Assembly: GCA_030141605.1 (NCBI GenBank) | Contig: JAQGDQ010000936.1 | Coordinates: forward strand, 52,080 to 79,144 | Origin: Tubiluchus corallicola | Lineage: Eukaryota; Animalia; Priapulida | Direction: 5' to 3' | DNA length: 27,065 nt | Part shown: positions 22,386 through 27,065 of the stretch, piece after piece | How positions within the stretch are numbered: the first letter of the stretch is position 1 | How the letters are laid out: every line of letters begins with the position of its first letter | Position numbers and translations under genes: made by a program | The notes under the pieces: generated by a model | The model's input: only the letters and a program-made list of their open reading frames with translations | Told to the model about the DNA's origin: nothing | Databases searched by the model: none

Positions 22386-22474
22386 GTCTGCAATGAAGCC
22401 ACGCATCTACAATTGATGTTCTAGGATTTTTGCAAAATGAAACTGAGAATTTAAAACGCTTGTTTCACCTGCAA

Positions 22475-23109
22475 GCCCAGGAGAAGGTTTAGTTTAGCCA
22501 CCTCTGCTTATAACGGTCCAATAATGCACCCCCTAGGGAAACCACAAAACCCATGTCTGCCCAGGAGAGGGTTTAGTTTAGCCACTTCTTATTATAACGG
22601 TCCAATAATGCACCCCCTAGGGAAACCACAAAACCCATGTTTGCCCAGGAGAGGGTTTAGTTTAGCCACCTCTGCTTCTAACGGTCCAATAATGCACCCC
22701 CTGGGGAAACCACAAAACCCATGTTTGCCCAGGAGTGGGGTTAGTTTAGCCACCTCTGCTTATAACGGTCCAATAATGCACCCCCTAGGGAAACCACAAA
22801 ACCCATGTTTGCGGTCCAATAATGCACCCCCTAGGGAAACCACAAAAGCCATGTTTGTCCAGGAGAGGGTTTAGTTTAGCCACCTCTGCTTATAACGGTC
22901 CAATAATGCACCCCCTAGGGAAACCACAAAACCCATGTTTGCCCAGGAGAGGGTTTAGTTTAGCCACCTCTGCTTATAACGGTCCAATAATGCACCCCTA
23001 GGGAAACCACAAAGCCCATGTTTGCCCAGGAGAAGGTTTAGTTTAGCCACCTCTGCTTATAACGGTCCAATAATGCACCCCCTAGGGAAACCACAAAAGC
23101 CATGTTTGT
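22475..23109. repeat. 84-bp minisatellite, about 7 full units plus one shortened unit
   Basis: Unit gcccaggagagggtttagtttagccacctctgcttataacggtccaataatgcaccccctagggaaaccacaaaacccatgttt, with an internal deletion near 22811. Confidence 0.95.
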
Positions 23110-23390
23110 CTTCACGTCTCCACTGTCAGACGGTAGTTACAGATGAATCAGCCGACCAGGCATCCAGGAAACCAGACTGAATCAGGGAGCTGTCATTACA
23201 ACGACAGGCAAACCGATTTGATGTTAAACCTGAACTAACATCATTAATCATTGACATGTGCGGTGTGCGTTACCTGTTGATTCAAGAATGATCAAACGTG
23301 CTAGCATTGACTTAACCAGCTCCCGCCAACTTCAACCTGAGCCAAAGACTTTGACACTGGAAGCCTGAAAGTTTTTGAAATTAAAGTAAT

Positions 23391-23513
23391 TGATGATGAT
23401 GGTGATGATGATGATGATGATGATGTTGTTGTTGTTGATGATGATGTTGTTGTTGTTGTTGTTGTTGATGATGATGATGATGTTGTTGTTGATGATGATG
23501 ATGATGATGATGA

Positions 23514-23562
<49 letters not shown>

Positions 23563-23723
23563 GATGATGATGACGATGTTGTTGTTGATGACGATGATGT
23601 TGTTGTTGTTGTTGTTGTTGTTGTTGATGATGATGATGGTGATGATGACGATAATGATGATGATGTTGTTGTTGTTGATGATGATGATGATGATGATGAT
23701 GATGTTGTTGATGATGATGATGA

Positions 23724-23802
<79 letters not shown>
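23391..23802. repeat. Compound (GAT)n/(GTT)n microsatellite, about 410 bp
   Basis: In-phase alternating blocks; explains the poly-M/L, poly-I/N and poly-S/T ORFs. Confidence 0.97.
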
Positions 23803-23803
<1 letters not shown>

Positions 23804-24017
23804 GTAAATCTTTTATTGAACAAAGCATTAATATAAAAATATACAGAGACTGCCATTTGAATACAGATGTTTATAAAAGTTTAACAAGTTTGCAATCCTA
23901 TTTATTAGTGAACTAAAAAAACTACTAAGCGATGAGAAACTTAATTACTGATATAACAAACGTTATTGTATATCACTTCCCCTAGCCTTATATAGCCAGC
24001 TGAAAACAAGGTATTCT

Positions 24018-24788
24018 TTCACCTGACAATATGACAAATCTTCATTATTTTTACTATGATACACTTTCCACCTTACAATATGACAAATCTTCATTATTTT
24101 TACTATAATACACTTTCCACCTTACAATATGACAAATCTTCATTATTTTTACTATAATACACTTTCCACCTTACAATATGACAAATCTTCATTATTTTGC
24201 TATAACACACTTTGCACATTACAATATGACAAATCTTCATTATTTTTGCTATAACACACTTTGCACATTACAATATGACAAATCTTCATTATTTTTACTA
24301 TAATACACTTTCCACTTTACAATATGACAAATCTTCATTATTTTGCTATAACACACTTTCCACCTTACAATATGACAAATCTTCATTATTTTTACTATAA
24401 TACACTTTCCACTTTACAATATGACAAATCTTCATTATTTTTACTATAATACACTTTCCACTTTACAATATGACAAATCTTCATTATTTTTACTATAACA
24501 CACTTTCCACCTTACAATATGACAAATCTTCATTATTTTTACTATAATACACTTTCCACCTTACAATATGAGAAATCTTCATTATTTTACTGTAATACAC
24601 TTTCCACCTTACAATATGACAAATCTTCATTATTTTTACTATGATACAGTTTCCACGTTACAATATGGCAAATCTTCATTATTTTTACTAAAACACACTT
24701 TCCACCTTACAATATGACAAATCTTCATTATTTTTACTATAATACACTTTCCACCTTAAAATATGACAAATCTTTATTATTTTACTAT
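24018..24788 (+). repeat. 48-49-bp minisatellite, about 15.5 copies (left arm of an inverted pair)
   Basis: Unit acaatatgacaaatcttcattatttttactataatacactttccacctt. Confidence 0.96.
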
Positions 24789-25392
24789 TTTTTCCCTTCC
24801 ATCATTTCTTCTGATCCTAACCGTTCTTTCATTCACTCATCCTCCCCTCCCTTCCTTCTTCCTATTCCTAATCTTACTATTTTTTCCATTCCATCATGTC
24901 TACTAACCCTAAGCATTCTTTCATTCACTCATCCTTCCCTCCCTTCCTTCTTTCTATCCCTAATCTTACTATTTTTTTCATTCCATCATGTCTACTAACC
25001 CTAACCATTCTTTCATTCACTCATCCTCCCCTCCCTTCCTTCTTCCTATCCCTAATCTTACTATTTTTTCCATTCCATCATGTCTACTAACCCTAACCAT
25101 TCTTTCATTCACTCATCCTCCCCTCCCTTCCTTCTTCCTATCTCTAATCTTACTATTTTTTCCATTCCATCATGTCTACTAACCCTAACCATTCTTTCAT
25201 TCACTCATCCTCCCCTCCCTTCCTTCTTCCTATCCCTAATCTTACTATTTTTTCCATTCCATCATGTCTACTAACCCTAAGCATTCTTTCATTCACTCAT
25301 CCTTCCCTCCCTTCCTTCTTCCTATCCCTAATCTTACTATTCTTTCCATTCCATCATGTCTACTAACCCTAACCATTCTTTCATTCACTCAT
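24782..25392. repeat. 92-bp pyrimidine-rich minisatellite, about 6.5 copies
   Basis: atgtctactaacc occurs at 24896, 24988, 25080, 25172, 25264 and 25356. Confidence 0.95.
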
Positions 25393-25554
25393 TTGTGCCA
25401 CCGTAACAAGCCAAGCTTTCAAGGTGTCATACAGCAACTCTTTTATTTGGTTAATTTGACTTCATCAACGTTTTTTTACCTATACTGTTTCTTTTTTTTG
25501 TTCCAATAATATTGTATGTTCATGTATTGTATATGTATTGCTGGCGTGAGATAA

Positions 25555-25601
<47 letters not shown>

Positions 25602-25612
25602 TGATTTGATTT
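25555..25612. repeat. (GATT)n microsatellite
   Basis: Read directly. Confidence 0.95.
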
Positions 25613-26447
25613 AAAGTATCCAAAGACCAGGTAAAATATCCTCGCAAGAGGACATCTGCCTTTCTGGGCCTACGAAGCAAACTACAGATTTCCCTGCAGA
25701 CACCTATCCAGCTAGTGCTATCCAGAGCAGACAACGCTTCACTTCTGCTTCGTTAGATACACGCATGCCGTTAGGAAGGAAAGCAGAGGTTGTATCAATG
25801 ATCGTCTGACTTGAGTTTTCATCGCTGGGTTCGTTTACGGCGAAAACAAATGAAAGAACATGAACCTAAGCTCCAACTCGCGCATGCGCACATACTACTT
25901 GAAACCGATAGCTAAAACCGCAAAAAGGATGATAATGAAAATTAATAGATCAGAAATTTGAGCAATAAATAACGATTACCGACCCGGCTGATGCATCGAT
26001 GATATGATTTGTTGCGATTAGGATTAATGACAGCTGCCTGATCTGACTCAGAACCAGAAAAAATGATCAACCTTGTAGATAATTTTAAAAAAGAAGCATT
26101 ATACATGTTCAAGATGGAGTAGACGTTCATGATGGATTACACGGCATCTTGTTTTACCATTTCCCGCCAATATTATGATTATATTTTGAGAGGAGACTTG
26201 AAGAAGAGCAAACAGCACCTCTGACAGCCTGTCATGCATCAGGCGCAGGTACACAGAAGCAGGTGACTAAATACAGTTAATTAGCATCAGATATTGCAAA
26301 GGCAAATGACACAGGTGATCACCTCGGGGGAGGGAGGGGGGGAGAGATGCTACAATGCTGCAGAGACGCTTCAGGAGTAAAATAAGAAACAATTCGACTT
26401 TGTTAACTTCATTAGGTGCTACGTTATTTTAATTCCACCATGTCTTC

Positions 26448-27065
26448 TGGAAAGTGTATTATAGTAAAAATAATGAAGATTTGTCATATTGTACGGTGGA
26501 AAGTGTATTATAGTAAAATAATGAAGATTTGTCATATTGTACGGTGGAAAGTGTATCATAATATCATAGTAAATCATAGTAAAAATAATGAAGATTTGTC
26601 ATATTGTAAGGTGAAAGTGTATTATAGTAAAAATAATGAAGATTTGTCATATTGTCAGGTGGAAAGTGTATTATAGTAAAATAATGAAGATTTGTCATAT
26701 TGTAAGGCGGAAAGTGTATTATAGTAAAAATAATAAAGATTTGTCATATTGTAAGGTGGAAAGTGTATTATAGTAAAAATAATGAAGATTTGTCATATTG
26801 TCAGGTGGAAAGTGTATTATAGTAAAATAATGAAGATTTGTCATATTGTAAGGCGGAAAGTGTATTATAGTAAAAATAATGAAGATTTGTCGTATTGTAA
26901 GGTGGAAAGTGTATCATAGTAAAAATAATGAAGATTTGTCATATTGTAAGGTGGAAAGTGTATTACAGTAAAATAATGAAGATTTGTCATATTGTAAGGT
27001 GGAAAGTGTATTATAGTAAAAATAATAAAGATTTGTCATATTGTAAGGTGGAAAGTGTATTATAG
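26448..27065 (-). repeat. Same 48-49-bp minisatellite in reverse orientation, at least 12 copies, running off the window end
   Basis: ggaaagtgtattatagtaaaaataatgaagatttgtcatattgtaaggt is the reverse complement of the 24018-24788 unit. Confidence 0.96.

Noticed and set aside
22509-22519. tataacggtcc resembling the conserved LSU rRNA / I-CeuI site
   Set aside because: Only 11 bp match, the flanks are not rRNA-like, and it is part of the 84-bp unit.
23110-23185. Candidate second exon of the PH gene after ...ctgtcag
   Set aside because: The phase-0 reading gives TVVTDESADQASRKPD* with no PH beta2 motif.
23301-23856. Poly-S/T, poly-I/N and poly-M/L ORFs; likewise the SLSL/RERE ORFs at 17969-18458 and the F/L/S-rich ORFs at 21982-22416 and 24714-25509
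   Set aside because: These are microsatellite or low-complexity translations.

Overview
This window is AT-rich, repeat-dense eukaryotic DNA, probably from an invertebrate animal (an inference from spliceosomal donor sites, hAT/Tc1-mariner-type MITEs, LINE remnants and CpG-decay patterns). It is not prokaryotic. I see no CRISPR array, rRNA, tRNA or operon. Almost all ORFs in the supplied track are artefacts of tandem repeats. The best-supported gene piece is one coding exon (21770-21937, +) that ends in a perfect AAG|GTAAGT donor and encodes the start of a PH domain resembling GAB/DOS/DOK-type adaptors. The rest comprises about 20 micro/minisatellite arrays, five complete TIR-bounded MITEs of about 0.5 kb, several TIR fragments and two related LINE 3' ends; one LINE end keeps an ORF2 C-terminal Cys/His motif that the ORF track missed. 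The most interesting signals are: (i) a 15-bp minisatellite grown from the subterminal motif of a MITE whose unexpanded sister copy lies in the same window; (ii) two foldback-like structures whose inverted arms are tandem arrays; (iii) a 27-bp array without frameshifts that is open in three frames, one of them His-rich; and (iv) a general tendency of arrays to start at or inside mobile-element ends. I cannot support a claim for a wholly new gene system. All counts and alignments were done by eye.
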